From assembly GCA_951406725.2 (NCBI GenBank), contig OX597823.1, positions 8,680,001 to 8,744,000 of the forward strand: 64,000 bases of DNA. Reading direction: 5' to 3'. The notes beneath the pieces are model-generated. The model saw only the letters and a list, made by a program, of their open reading frames with translations. It was not told where the DNA came from and made no database searches. The translations under genes and the position numbers were made by a program. Source of the stretch: Octopus vulgaris (Eukaryota). Positions 1 through 13,420 of this stretch are shown piece by piece. Position 1 is the stretch's first letter. Each line of letters opens with the position of its first letter.

Positions 1-479
1 ATGTGTGTGTGTGTGTATGTGTGTGTGTGTGTATTTATTTATTGATATGTTCTATATACATTATATTTATTTTATGGAATGAATGTATGTTCGTCATTTA
101 ATTTTTCTCCTTAGGTTTCTAATTTACCTTCTAAGTAAAAAAAAATCGTATCGGTATGAAAGCTTGTATTTAAATAATCAGTATATGTGTTAACTTATTT
201 AACAAAGTTCTGGAAATTCATTCATATTTATGAAATGGAGGTAATTGGATGTTAAAATGGATTATAGCTTTTATTGTTCATATTGCTATACAATTATTTC
301 ATACAAATGGACACAGATATTCATAAATAGAACATCGTAATAGTCATACTTGTACTTGACAGAAGGTATTATATTTAAAGAAAAAAAGCAAGAAAAAGAG
401 GTTAAAATTGCACAAGTTTTTCTTAGTTATCATTTTATCGGATTTATATATTCGTTATTCCAGTCACGCTTATTTGAAT

Positions 480-1140
480 CCAGACTAAAAAAAAATATAG
501 GACGTGGGTGCTAATGTATGTAATATTTAATTTGATTTCCTCTATGAAATCTATTATATATCTGTATTTAAACCTCCTTCAAAAAATATTTTCTGGTCAA
601 GCTGTATTTGCATGTAACGTTAGGAATTACCAAATAAGGAGGTGTATGTTATTTATTTCAAATTCATATTTAATTTTTCTTAACCATCAACTTTCCATTC
701 GACTTAAGAGGTTCAGTAGATTTGTAGTTGGTACTAGTATGTGGGAATAATTGATGGTTTATAAAATATTTTATTTTCGTATTTTTTCTTAAATAATAGG
801 TCAATAATTCATAGCCAAAAATAGGTGTTATGGGTGGTAATTAATTATCTAACCACAGCTAGATCTATTTATAAGAACTTTTCGAAATATATACTATGTA
901 AGTAAAGAGGCATAAAAGGGAACCGTTTAAATGATAATCATACATATAATAAATGATGATAAGATATTGCGCTATTTTTACATAAGAAAAGTTTTTTGTT
1001 GATGTATGAAGAATGAATTGTTTTTATTATTATAGTTGTGTGAATTGTCATAAACAGGAGATCAAAACAAATTTAATATGGTGTGAAATTATTAGTAAGG
1101 CAAAGGACACAACAATTGGTAAACGTGGATATTCTCTAAT
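480..1140 (-). mobile_element. Highly decayed Penelope-like (Naiad-type) GIY-YIG C-terminal remnant
   Basis: Minus-strand translation near 760->560 gives H...STEPLK...GKLMVKKN*I*I*NK*HTPPY...CKYSLTRKYF, resembling the Naiad-type T.LS..IW.LK......I.W.I.....PY......C.LC..EK motif; many stops. Confidence 0.3.
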
Positions 1141-1242
1141 AATATAATCATTTTACACAAACGTACATAGATTTACATAAAAATACATAAATTGACGTAC
1201 ATACTGATATACAAATAGGTACACGTATATTTATGTGTATAT

Positions 1243-1645
1243 GTGGAAGGAATTGTGCCAAATTTTGGCATTGTAAGCTACACCAATTCCAGAACGGGAC
1301 GACACTGCATAGTGCCAAAGATCCCAGCAATGCCATCACGCTTCAGGACCAGCTTCTGCAACAGCCTGGGTTTCAAGAGCACACAGCTTTTTAATATTCT
1401 CCCAAAGAGTCTGAGGAACTTGCACAAAGTAGATGTAGCGGTTTTTAAATCAAAGCTGGACACCTTCCTGTCAAGAGTCCCAGATGAACCTACCTCACGG
1501 CAAGAGGTGCAAATGAGAGTAGCTGTATCAAACTCCATTCTTCATCAAGTGCCACATATTAGACGAGGTTCGTCGTAATAACAGTGTAGTACATAACGGC
1601 GGTGCATCAGCATGGCCGCAGCTCTGAGCTGAAACTAGAAAAAAA
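1243..1645 (+). mobile_element. 5'-truncated LINE 3' end (CR1/L2/Jockey-group ORF2 C-terminus, 3'UTR, A tail)
   Basis: ORF 1243-1578 ...QLFNILPKSLRNL...FKSKLDTFLSRVPDEP is a typical post-RT LINE tail; near-identical copy at 59700-60066; ends GCTGAAACTAG+A-run. Confidence 0.8.
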
Positions 1646-1902
1646 TACATACATATATATCGATATATGCACACTTACACCCATACACATGCGTTTGCAT
1701 TCCTACATACACATCCTTATATGCATATATATGTACAAATATATATGTATATATATACGCACTCATTAGACACTTATACACACCTAAATGTATATATATC
1801 TATATACTTACTTACATACATAAATATATATACATACATTTACAAATACATACATATACACGTACACATATGTATACATATATACACACATACATATTCC
1901 TA

Positions 1903-1956
<54 letters not shown>

Positions 1957-2165
1957 CAACCCCCATATGTATATATATATATACACCCCTGCATACATAT
2001 ATATATACCAACACTCATACATATATGATTATTCATATACATACATGAACGTAGACATATTTACACAAATATATAGATATACCCATACGCATATATATGT
2101 ACATTTTATACATACATACCCATACACACACACACATATATATACACATGTATATGCATACATAT

Positions 2166-2251
<86 letters not shown>

Positions 2252-2340
2252 TCACATACATATACATTTTTAAAAATATACAAAAACACACACGCACTTG
2301 CAAATTATACATATTCATATATAGACATTGAAATATTATG

Positions 2341-2396
<56 letters not shown>

Positions 2397-2398
2397 CA
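1646..2398. repeat. Compound (TA)n/(CA)n microsatellite, low complexity
   Basis: Directly visible; source of spurious HT/YI ORFs. Confidence 0.95.
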
Positions 2399-2539
2399 TG
2401 ACGATCTTTTTTCAATTTCCATCTACCAAATCACACATAAGGCCTTATTTAAGCCTTGGATCTATATTATTTCTGGTTTCACGCGATTTGATTATCTCTC
2501 TGTAAGAGAATTGCATTTGATATATTCAGTTTATATTAA

Positions 2540-3000
2540 ATAATAGATTCATGCAGATGCATGATATGAAAGAAAAAAAGAAAACGGGAGAATAAAGAAA
2601 ATACTAACCTAATATTCCTAATAAACGAGACTGCTACACTGCTAACCTAATATATCTAATGTTTGAAGAAGATGACAGTCAATAGCATATCAATACGTAT
2701 CCGTATAACTCAAAATCCTACCCCTGATGTCAATAGTAAAAAGATTACTACTCAATGTACAATAAGGTGCAATAACCTAATACGATATTTTTTCATATTC
2801 TGTGAGATAAAATAGTTTGTATTAAAAATGCAAAAAAGAGTTTTAAAAATCTTACAAGTTAATTTGTATTTCCCCAGGAAGCACAAATCCAGTGTAGGTA
2901 AAACCAAAAAGAATCTGATGACAGTCAGAAAAGTAACACTTTTAATGGTTCTCTCCTCCATATTTGAGGGGAACGGAATGTGATGACGATGAATTAAATA
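2540..3000 (-). mobile_element. Decayed Penelope-like (Naiad-type) linker remnant
   Basis: ORF 2752-2961(-) FFLVL..LDLCF..KYKL..IF...IFNTNYFISQNMKK resembles the Naiad FL.LIDKHFP..HKL.KIFNRN.VK.SYSC..NM motif; may be collinear with 480-1140. Confidence 0.35.
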
Positions 3001-3498
3001 ATACTAAGGCAACACAAGTGTATATAATGGCATTAGACATGGTGGATACGGGAAAATGGTCGCAATGGATTTGACAAACCATGTATTTTCTATGCCAATA
3101 GGAATCATTCTACGAACCACTTAAGGCTTCCTTCATCACTGCTTTAGCAGCGTAAGGTGCATGCTTTGTTGTAGCTAAGATTAAACATTGCATTGAATAT
3201 GATAATATTGACTTAATTCATAAGAATAATCATGACAGTTATTATTTGCTTATATAAACAGTGCAAAATTATCACAGTTTTATAAATGAGGTAATTATGT
3301 TTTTTTTGCAAATCATCTTCATATTTATTGTGGATTTCTGAAAGCTGTTTTCAGGAAACCATGTTTAAAATTTCGTATTTTTGTTGCATCACATTCCAAA
3401 TACACATAGCGGTAGTTGTGCAGGTCATTGAAAATATACTGTTTCTTTTTAATAATACGCGCCAAACGAAGTTCGGCGTCAATCACATGATATTAAGA

Positions 3499-3888
3499 GA
3501 GAGAGAGGAGCACTCCGTCGGTTACGACGATGAGGGTCCCAGCTGATACGATCAACGGAACAGCTTGCTCATGGAATTAACGTGCAAGTGGCTGAGCACT
3601 CCACAGACACGTGTACCCTTAACGTAGTTCTCGGGGATATTCAGCGTGACACAGAGAGTGACAAGGCCGGCCCTTTGAAATACAGGTACAACAGAAACAG
3701 GAAGTAAGAGTGAGAGAGAGTTGTGGTGAAAGAGTACAGCAGGGATCACCACCATCCCCTGCCGGAGCCTCGTGGAGTTTTAGGTGTTTTCGCTCAATAA
3801 ACACTTACAATGCCCGGTCTGGGAATCGAAACCGCGATCCTACGACCGCGAGTCCGCTGCCCTAACCACTGGGCCATTGCGCCTCCAC
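3499..3888 (-). mobile_element. tRNA-derived SINE family B (long tail), full length
   Basis: Head GGAGGCGCAATGGCCCAGTGGTTAGG...GGTTTCGATTCCC with Pol III A/B boxes; 11-bp TSD TGATATTAAGA at 3488-3498 and 3889-3899; copy at 36713-37097. Confidence 0.92.
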
Positions 3889-3974
3889 TGATATTAAGAA
3901 GTAACTAACACAAACTGTATATCAATGTAGAAACAACGACAACAGCAACAGCATCAACAACTATAATATTCCAT

Positions 3975-4162
3975 CCTACCACAGGCAAAAGCCTGAATTT
4001 TTCGGGGAGGGGCATAGTCGATTACATCGATCTCAGTGTCCAAATGTTACTTATTTTATCGATCTCGAAAGATGAAAGGCAAAGTCGACCTCGATGGAAT
4101 TTGAACTCTGAATGTGATGACGGACGAAATGCCGTTAAGCATTTCTCCAGGCGTGCTGACGA
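3975..4162 (-). mobile_element. SINE family C (Deu/Nin-like central domain), diverged
   Basis: Reverse complement contains GAGTTCAAATTCC..GAGGTCGACTTTGCCTTTCATC..TCG..ATCGATAAAATAAGTA, shared with 25632-25863 and 44459-44740. Confidence 0.8.
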
Positions 4163-4180
4163 TTCTTCCAGCCCGAAGCC

Positions 4181-4321
<141 letters not shown>

Positions 4322-4323
4322 AT

Positions 4324-4881
4324 AAATGCTCTGATGCAGTACCAGGCAGTGGCTCTCATGGGGTCCGATCTTAACTGATTGGAAGTGTTATCATGTGCAT
4401 AGTTTTGTCTTGGTATACAAGATGGTCTACAGCAGATATTCTGCTCAATACCACTGATTTGCTTGTCAGTTGTTTGACCATAACCAGTTGAGCATGTCCC
4501 TTAGTGGCTGACGATATGTGCATCTCTGATCACGAGCAGAAGTAGTGGGGGAGCATCATAGCCATGTGTTGAGAGGGATTCTTTGGGGTTTGAATAATTC
4601 ACCTCTGGAAACATGAGTGTTTCGTTCAATAAACTTAAACAATCCTTATTCAGGGACCTTTTGAGCAGGATGAGTTACTCGACCAGAAGGAAATTCTAAC
4701 TAGGCCTCAACTGCAAGGTCATGTGTTGTTGATCTTGATATCAGATCACCACGTCGCGCACATATGGTTGTGATGCATGTGTCTGGTGTACTCTTATCAG
4801 ACGGGTATTCATGATGGGTATACTGGGCTTCGTATATTTTACCCCAGTGTCACTTTGATGGCATGCACTGCTCTCTCACCC
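4324..4881. mobile_element. Unclassified ~560-bp non-coding interspersed element flanked by (AAT)n
   Basis: Bounded on both sides by AAT runs; second diverged, deleted copy at 6143-6518, also in AAT; no coding motif or tRNA head recognised. Confidence 0.75.
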
Positions 4882-4924
<43 letters not shown>

Positions 4925-4925
<1 letters not shown>

Positions 4926-6063
4926 GGTGGTAGAGGCCTTATACAGCTGGAAAACTACTATAAAATAACCACCATAGGACTGCAAAAATACCTACTTCAG
5001 AAGGAAGGAAAACTGATCCAGATAGCAGCAAAACACGAGCAAAACAAAAAACTGTTCTCAGTATTTAAGGAAGCTGACAAATACGAACAAGAAATCATAC
5101 CACCTAATAAACACAAAGAAGAAGAAGAAGATGATGAAGAAACAACAAAAGCTATAAAACAAATGAAATCCAAACTAAAAATAGAACAGCAACGAGCCAT
5201 GATAAAACGATGGCAAGAAAAGCCCCTTCATGGTAAATACTGCACTAAACTAAACGCAAAAGAAATAGACAAAGAAAAATCCCTGCAATGGTTGAGAAGC
5301 TCAGGACTCAAAGCAGAAACAGAGGGATTTTTAATTGCAGCACAAGACCAAAGCCTCCCCACCAGAAATCACCAAAAACATGTAATGAAAAGAAATATTA
5401 CAAGTAACTGCAGAATATGTAGAGATGGACAAGAAACAATAAATCATATTATCTCTAGCTGCCCAGTCCTGGCTAAGAAGGAATATATTCACAGATATGA
5501 CAGAGTTGGAACCTACATACATTGGAAGCTATGCCAACATTATGGAATAACAACAGAAAAAAGATGGTATAGACACACACCAGAAAAGGTCACAGAAAAC
5601 GAGAAAGCAACCATACTCTGGGATATGCCGATACACACAGATAGAGAAATTAAGGCCAACAGACCAGATATAGTTGTCAGAGATCATGAAGAAAAAAATG
5701 CTTTCTAATTGATGTATCAATACCGGCAGATGACAACGTGTCTCTAAAAGAAATGGAGAAACTCTCAAAATACAAAGACCTGGAAATAGAGGTAACTAGA
5801 ATGTGGAACCTGAAAACAGAAACAATTTCTATCATAATTAGGCATGATAAAAAAATATTCAGACAAATACATAACAAAAACACCAGGACTTACAAACACA
5901 TATAACATACAGAAAATTGCACTACTAGGCACTGCACACATCCTACGCAGAACACTTTCCATACAATAACCATCAGAGCATCACAACAAATCACAGCACA
6001 TACCCAAGGCACACAGAGCTGCGCTCGGTAGTGAAGTGAAAGCACGCTATAAAAATAAAACTA

Positions 6064-6066
<3 letters not shown>
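4925..6066 (+). mobile_element. 5'-truncated R4/Dong-clade non-LTR retrotransposon (restriction-like endonuclease), frameshifted
   Basis: GGRGL, KPLHGKY, AAQDQSL, CCHC knuckle CRICRDGQETINHIISSC, HRYDRV, ANRPDIV, LIDVS, K.SKYKDL, LLGTAHILRR; flanked by (AAT)n on both sides, the known Dong-type target. Confidence 0.92.
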
Positions 6067-6134
<68 letters not shown>

Positions 6135-6140
6135 CAATTA
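6067..6140. repeat. (AAT)n microsatellite
   Basis: Directly visible. Confidence 0.95.
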
Positions 6141-6142
6141 TA

Positions 6143-6518
6143 AGATGTACATTGCTTTGTCTTCATATAAAAGATAAACTACAGCAAATATTCTACACAA
6201 TACTATAGATTTGCTTGTCAGTTGCTTGACTTTAACCAATTGAGCATCTCCATTTAGTAGTGGGGGAACATCAAAGCCATGTATTGAAAGGAATTCTTTG
6301 GTATTTGAATAATTCACCTGAAAACAGGTGTTTTGTTCATAATCCTTAAATCAAACCTTATTCAGGAACCTTTTGAGCAGGATCGGCTACACGATCTGAA
6401 GCAAATTCTAACTGGGCCCCATCAACAAGGTCATGTACTGTTAATCTTGATATGAGATCACCATTTGGCGCACATGTGCAGGTGATACATGTGTCTGGTG
6501 TACCCTGCCCTCTCACTC
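6143..6518. mobile_element. Second, older, internally deleted copy of the (AAT)n-flanked element
   Basis: Collinear similarity to ~4392-4881; ends CTCTCACTC-AATAATAAT. Confidence 0.75.
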
Positions 6519-6534
6519 AATAATAATTTCGAAT

Positions 6535-7100
6535 ATTGGCACAACGCCAGCAAGTTTGGGAAGAGGGATTAAATAAGTTACATCGAATCCAATACATTAC
6601 AGGTACTTACATTACCGACTCCCGAAAGAGTGAAAAGCTACTACTGCTGCTACTGCTGCTGCTGCCACTACTACTACTACTACTACTACTCCTACTGTAG
6701 GCACAAGGCCAGTAAGTTCGGGGAAAGGGGCAAATCGATTACATTGACCCCAACTCGGAAAGGATGAAATGCGAATTCGACCTCACCAGAATTTGAGCTC
6801 AGAACATAAAGACTGTCGAAGTGCCGCTAAGAATTTTAACCGTCTGCTTACTATTCTGCCGGCTCGGCGCCTTAATAGAAATAATACTAATAGCTTCTAA
6901 GTTAGGCTCAAGCCTAAATTAGGGAGGGTGGTCAGTCTGTTATATTGATCTCAGGACTGGAATGTTATATTCTTTTATCGACCCCAAAAGGTCGAAAGGT
7001 AAATTTACCCCCAGCACCATTTGAACTCACAGCGTAAAGAGCCGAAGTACATACACAAATACCGTAAAGGATTTTATCTGACGTTTTAACAGTTGTTCTA
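6535..7100 (-). mobile_element. Cluster of three decayed SINE family C fragments
   Basis: Repeated GGCACAAGGCC...TCGATTACATTGACCC...GAATTTGAAC motifs. Confidence 0.65.
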
Positions 7101-8180
7101 ATTTTGAAACGGTTATTCGAGACACATCTATGAGAAATAGTACAGAATGTTATCATTGAAAAAAATCTCATATAACACCCACCCACCCACACATACGTTT
7201 TGTATGTATGTATACACAAACCCACACATATATAACAGGATATCAAATTTCGTTTTAAACGCTACTTCAGCAGTATATTCTACATGATTAGCTGCCCTAC
7301 ATTCTCTGCATTGCTAACTGATTTTGTCAAAAATGTTAGTATTTTATTTATACTAAACTCCTTTAGCTTTACTTGTGCTTTACTTTTCAAAGATTTTCCC
7401 AGCAATTTCCAGCAGCAGAGGTTTCGCTGAAAAATCAAAAGGCAACGTGACATGACTATCACGTTCAGATTTGTTCCAACTGAACATTTTGTGTTGTACC
7501 ATCTATGTATATAATACACTACTGGAATATGTTAGAATTTGGAATATGTTAGAATTACAAATTAATAAGCGTTATGTTTAGGATTTACTAAAAATGTTTA
7601 TGGTGATTTATCGTCATTTTTTTGCTGTCATTTAAAAATTTGCTTGTTTAATTTATCAGATTAAGAATTGTTTGAAATATTTCAATTTTTCCAGACTACG
7701 ATTCCGAGGAAATAGATTTACGCTACATTAATTAGCTGTTAAATCCATTAGAATTTATTTTCCTTCAAATTTTATTTATTTATACATTCAGATACAAATT
7801 TTAATGTTTCATGTAAATTTGCTTATTCAGTTATATTTATAGTCTTTTTTCTCATTGCAATCACATGAATTCCTGCTTCAGTTACTTATTTCAAATAACA
7901 TTTTTCCATTATTTGCTCGTATGTAATGTAATCGTGTATCGTTTATTTTGACCAAACCTCTCTATATTCAAACTAATTAATAATTGTAATGATTGATTTC
8001 GAAATTAACAAGACTGTCAACAACCGTATGAATTTCTAATGTAGATACATGTCTACAAATTCTAAGGATATACTACACTCTATTTAACCGTCTCCCTTAC
8101 TTAGCTGGTACTTATTTTAATGACGTGAAAAGAGAGCAAAAGTACATGAGGAATTGACTAAACGTTATATGTTGGTATAT

Positions 8181-8227
8181 GTGCATCAGCATGGCCGCAG
8201 CTCTGAGCTGAAACTAGAAAAAAAAAT
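8181..8227 (+). mobile_element. Extreme 3' end of the CR1-group LINE
   Basis: GTGCATCAGCATGGCCGCAGCTCTGAGCTGAAACTAGAAAA identical to 1602-1642. Confidence 0.8.
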
Positions 8228-8499
8228 AGGTAAATAACGAAACACATTATTGTCTGGCATTCTGCAGTTTGTTGATTTACTAAGAGTTTCATGAATACAA
8301 ATGGGAACTTTAAGACAGATGGAATCTTGAATTGGTTTAAGGCGGCCAATTAACTGAGTCGCTAGAGCGTCTAAATTGTTTTGCGATAATCGTTTCGGTT
8401 CACATCACTTTGAGTTAAAAAACGTACCGAAACGAACTTTGCCTCACTCATCCACTTTTCAACGAAATTCCTGGAAGGCAGCCCTTACCTCCTCAATCC

Positions 8500-10560
8500 C
8501 TATTTTCATTATTAATTTGATGAGGACGCTCACTATCTATTTGGCCATGGTCATCAGACAGATAAAAACTACTTGCCTTCTCAAGCCAAAGGATGTTGGC
8601 AAGATTATCTTCACAAGGGACTCATTTGATTGACAAATACGTTCTACTTGTGACAGTAGCTGGCCGACTTAACTCCGCGAATCATCAATGCATCAATGCT
8701 CAGGTAATGGACGAGTGTGCGCAGAATGGTTTCGTTATTTTGAGCGCATCACAGCCGGGCCTAAATAATGGCACTTCTATGCTTCTAGAGTTTACATCGA
8801 AGCATCAATGCTTCCCAGTAGTACTGCTACACCAGGATGCCATGAAAATTATGTGCTCTCGACTGACTGTCTTTTAGGACAGATTAGTCATTTGATTTCG
8901 GCGTCTCCCAGATTTTCCCGGCACTATTCTTCTATAGAAGACCAATGTTGATTTCTGCCGTTTGCATTGCCCCATTGTGGAGACCTGTAAGCGTTTGAGA
9001 TTCAAGATTAAATGCACCCTGTTGCAGTTTCCGAATGTTTCAGAATTGTAGCACTGACAATTTGTCGAGCAGGGAAAAGGCGTCTGATAATCAAAATATG
9101 TCATGCCCAGGAAAGTAGCAACTATATAAAGCAGTTGAACCATCTAAATAGAGGAACATATCTCTACCATATGAAGGGAAAAAACAGACACTCAAGTCTG
9201 AGAGAGGTAAATCGGGACAAGACATGTGGTTCAAGCAGCAATAGATGACGAAGCCACTGTAGGACTTCATCACCTCTGAGCGATCTTTGAATGATAACTT
9301 CGTTTCAACCCTTTCATGCGTGACAATGGCCACACTGTTTATTGGTTCATATCATCCACTGCTCTTCTAAACGTTTGCACCAAAAGAAGCCCCAAACCGC
9401 CCATCTATGCACCGCCCCTCCACGCTGTTGTGCAACATGGAACTGCTTTTCCAGATACTTCACTGCAGGTCAAATGACTTAGTTGATTGACTTTAGCTTC
9501 TATCATCGTCCCGTGCTGTGATAGTGTGGTGCCTGTTACATCATATGTTCTTGTTGCCTGACACTATTACGATCATGCCGTCCGCATATGCCGACTCGGA
9601 TCTTCGATATGCTAGTTCACGCGTGCTGCGCCTCAGTCTCTAATTTCTGCATTAGTGACTCAAGAGCCAGTGCATACACAGAAGACAGCATTGGTGAGCT
9701 GAGCGCATAACAATGGGAGTTTTTGGATAGGTACTCGTTTAATTTGACTATCCAGCAGACGACGCTGTACGACGCTGTACCTTCTGCTATAAGATGTGTC
9801 ACATGAGGCTGTCAAAGATACATTTGTTCGAGATAGAGCATTTCTAAGTATTACTGACCATATCATCCAGACACCATGGACTAATTTCTGAATTCAGCGT
9901 TTTGCAGTTTTCTGGACTGTAAACCTTGTTCAGGTGTTCCTTAGTAATCCCTCCACACTCCGACTTACAGGAATGGGAATACTCCAGTTTTGTTACTTGT
10001 TTCCGCCGCACGCATCATCTACCAACATTTCGCTGAACAAATGTGACCGATAAACGTACAACTCGAAGAAAATACCTTCAAACCAGGAGAGTTCATTTTG
10101 TGCCGCTTCCCATGGATTTAAGTGGCCGTTATCGGCATTTTGAAACACTCTGCCTCCGCTGCCAATAGTCGTGGTAGAACATGAAAATAGCCCATCCTCC
10201 GAGTCAATGCACCATTATTCTTGAACTGCCAAATGACTTGCCACTGCGAAGACGCACACATCTACTTGAACTCTAGAAGCACGTGATCATAATAATCTGC
10301 CAAATACCGAATTGCGACCTGATCCCTTCAAATGACTCGTTTCTTCCTATCTTAGAGAACACGTTGAAGAATTGGTCCTGGTCCAATCTTTCCGCAAACA
10401 CATCGGCTGTATTGCCTTTTCTGAGCGCTCTTTCGTTGTTTCCTACTTTGATTTTCTCTACTCTTGTTTTCTGTTATTACTTCCCGACTAAACCTTATCG
10501 ATTTTACTCTAGTCTTCTTTTCAAAGCAATAATAATAGCTTTTATTCAGGCATGAAACCG
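8500..10560 (-). mobile_element. Decayed L1/Tx1-clade LINE ORF2 (RT) remnant
   Basis: Minus strand ...SSPMLSSVYALALESLMQKL (cf. QGCPLSP.LY.LALEPL) followed by ESAYADG (YADD) at ~9597-9577; many stops and frameshifts. Confidence 0.7.
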
Positions 10561-10579
10561 TCAAACTTGAAGAGATTTG

Positions 10580-10634
10580 GAGATAGATTGATAAATAGAT
10601 AGATAGATAGATAGAGAGAGATAGAGAGATAGAG

Positions 10635-10716
<82 letters not shown>

Positions 10717-10730
10717 CAGAGAGAGAGATT
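10580..10730. repeat. (GATA)n/(GA)n microsatellite
   Basis: Directly visible. Confidence 0.95.
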
Positions 10731-11009
10731 AGTTGATGCCATCAATCTTAGTACATGATGGTACTTGTGTAGCTGACTCCAGAGGAATGAAAAGCAAACT
10801 GCGCCTTGTCGGAATTTGATCCGTAAAAAGCAAATATTGAAAAATACATTTTCAGATCTTATATAACTTCGCCCGTCTATCGCCTCATTATTAATAATAA
10901 GGACAATAACAGCAGTAACAGTGAAATATTAAACAATAATGGGTATTCAGTTTTCATGAAAATGGACTGAAAATGATCTACAACAGAACAAGTAGAACAC
11001 TAATTATGT

Positions 11010-11040
<31 letters not shown>

Positions 11041-12224
11041 AGCGACGATGAGGATGACGGTGAAGAAGAAGAAGAAGATGATGATGATGATACTGATGAT
11101 GAAACAAAATGGAAAACGAAAGTGAAGATGTAGTTGGATAGAATTTCTTTAAGATGAATTATTAAGAAGCTAAAGGCTTTTGAATATTAGATTACTCTTT
11201 AGAATTATCTGTAAAAGTCGATTCGTGATCCAAAACAAAAATTGTCAATTGGCATTAGGGTTCTGTCATCGATCCAATCATTAGTTTTATATTCTACTTG
11301 GATCCAATAGAGTTTTGATGTCTTTGCAGAAAGAAATGTGAGCAGTATTGATCCATATAGGAAGAAAAAATTCCGCAGTAGAGTGCTGGCGGCGTAAACG
11401 TACACTCATACATACGTAATCATGCACGCATTAAGGGGAACATATCACACACACACACACACACACACTTACACATACGCACAAACGCATGCAAATATAT
11501 ACATGCATACAAGGTTGTGTGTAAATATGCATATGCACACACACACACTTGTGTACATGTACACATGCTAACTTTCATCGATGTGTTCATACAAATAGGA
11601 ATACACACATGCATACATGTTTATTGAATTTCTCCGGAATTCCACGGTAAAAATCAACCATCATTGCAAAGTTTGTACAGATTTAAAGATTTCTTCCCTT
11701 TTCCTTAGAAAGTCATCGATTCAGGAATGCCAACTCAATTAGACTATAAACGATGCAACTGCGAAGTAAATTCTATTAAATGGCATCTTTTACATTCTTG
11801 TTTCTTATTTAGCTTCTAGCTACGTTTTTGTTGGTATTTAAGCATTTTTATTTATGTTTAAGCATATATTTATTATTTTTCTTTTTGACTACGAAAGAGC
11901 AGAAATGGCAGAGCCTGAAATTTTTTTCAATTTCTCAGAGACTGCTGGGAGGAAGGCAAGAGGTTATCTCTTATCGGAGAGTCTACCCGAGTATTTTCAA
12001 CAATGTTTACTCAAAAATCAGTCAAAAGATAGATAGTAGTATCTAATGAAACAACGGATTAAATCAATTATGAAAAACAACAAAAACAACATAATTGGTC
12101 CTACCACTAGTTTTTCACAAAATTTTTATTCAACAAATTTAATTCTCAAACAATTGGTAGACCCACACGTATAGTCGGCGACAGTTTCTAACAGTTTTGT
12201 ACAGTGGAAGCGAACCTTAAACCA

Positions 12225-12402
12225 TGTGAGCTGGTTAGCAGTATTTCATGTGCCGTTAGGTTTCTAGTTCGAATTCTGCCGGGGTCGACTTTGACTTTCA
12301 TCGTTCCGAGGTCGATAAAATTAGTACCCGTTACTCACTAGGGTCGATGTAATCGACAAAATCCCTTCCCCCAAAATCTGAGGCCTTGTGCTTCGAGTAG
12401 AA
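12225..12402 (+). mobile_element. SINE family C, diverged
   Basis: GTTCGAATTCTGCCGGGGTCGACTTTGACTTTCATCGTTCCGAGGTCGATAAAATTAGTACC. Confidence 0.8.
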
Positions 12403-12589
12403 AGCACTGACTCTGATGGAATGTGTTTGGTAGGCTAGAACTATGTAGAGTCTAAAAAGTCAAATGAACTAAATTCCAAGGGATCTCATTCAGTGCCTTA
12501 CCATTTCACTACTCCTTGAATTAATCAGCCACAATTACGACCTGCGTCTCGGCCTGATAGTTTCGTAGATACTAATAATAACACGTTCT

Positions 12590-12705
12590 ACTATAGGTAC
12601 AAGGCCTGCAATTTTGACGAAGGGGACTAGTCGGTTATATCGACCCTAGTGTTTAACTGGTACTTAATTTATCGATCCCGAAGGAAGATAGGCAAACTTG
12701 AATTT
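12590..12705 (-). mobile_element. SINE family C 3' fragment
   Basis: CTGGTACTTAATTTATCGATCCCGAAGG motif. Confidence 0.7.
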
Positions 12706-12776
12706 TTTACAATTTAAAAATGTTTGTTTGTCATTAACAAAAATGCAAAATTAAGAATATGAATAAAGTAAAAAAG

Positions 12777-12835
<59 letters not shown>

Positions 12836-12838
<3 letters not shown>

Positions 12839-13018
12839 GCGGTCTTAAAGCGACGAAAATATTTTGACATATTAAACTTAAATGTTGAAGTTGAAGTGAA
12901 TCGAACGGCTTTTGTGTGTTTGCTAAATGGCTTACAAACACCCTCCACGCTGCAATTGTTTTCGTTTCAGCACACGATCTCAGATCAAATCACTTGCTAT
13001 GCAAGTACATCTCCGTAA
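12836..13018 (+). mobile_element. Short microsatellite-embedded repeat (putative Penelope-like pLTR), 5'-truncated inside its hammerhead-like motif
   Basis: Homologous to 48558-48732; flanked by (TA)n and (CA)n. Confidence 0.7.
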
Positions 13019-13031
13019 CACACACACACAT

Positions 13032-13089
<58 letters not shown>

Positions 13090-13094
13090 CAAAA

Positions 13095-13420
13095 AGTAAG
13101 GGTTGCCGGTTTAGTCGCCGATAACCCGACCATGCAACAGTCTGTACTGGGTTACAAGTTACGAGTAGCGCTCAAGACCGACCTGACAGTCCTGATGCAG
13201 AGATATACTATCGAATAGGGAGGGAAGTGTTGCAATTGGAAAACTCCAAAAGCAAGTAGGGGCGGATAGAGATATTTCCCTGCAGAAAACAATATCAGTG
13301 TCTATGAAGCTGTTTTTATTCAAGTGAGACGTGGGCCACTTAGAAGCGTCAAATAAAAATGCTGGAGAGATTTCAGCAAAAGTGCCTCATTAAAAACTAG
13401 TAAGACAATATCTAGACTTA
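13095..13420 (+). mobile_element. Internally deleted RTE-clade LINE remnant
   Basis: ...YEAV..SSETWAT*KRQIKMLERFQQKCL resembles the RTE post-RT LLYG.ETW......L.RF.Q.CL motif. Confidence 0.55.

Noticed and set aside
1667-2401. 244-aa H/T/Y/I-rich ORF and similar ORFs (18933-19650, 24051-24708, 63027-63324)
   Set aside because: Translations of stop-free dinucleotide/tetranucleotide microsatellites, not genes
3815-3888. tRNA-like sequence
   Set aside because: It is the head of a TSD-flanked SINE and lacks a proper acceptor stem; not a tRNA gene
11093-11105. CTGATGATGAAAC
   Set aside because: Chance match within a (GAT)n tract; no stems
12409-12452. GACT-CTGATGG...GAACTATGTA-GAGTC hammerhead-like string
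   Set aside because: Core mutated at both halves and stem II unpaired; cannot be supported from one copy
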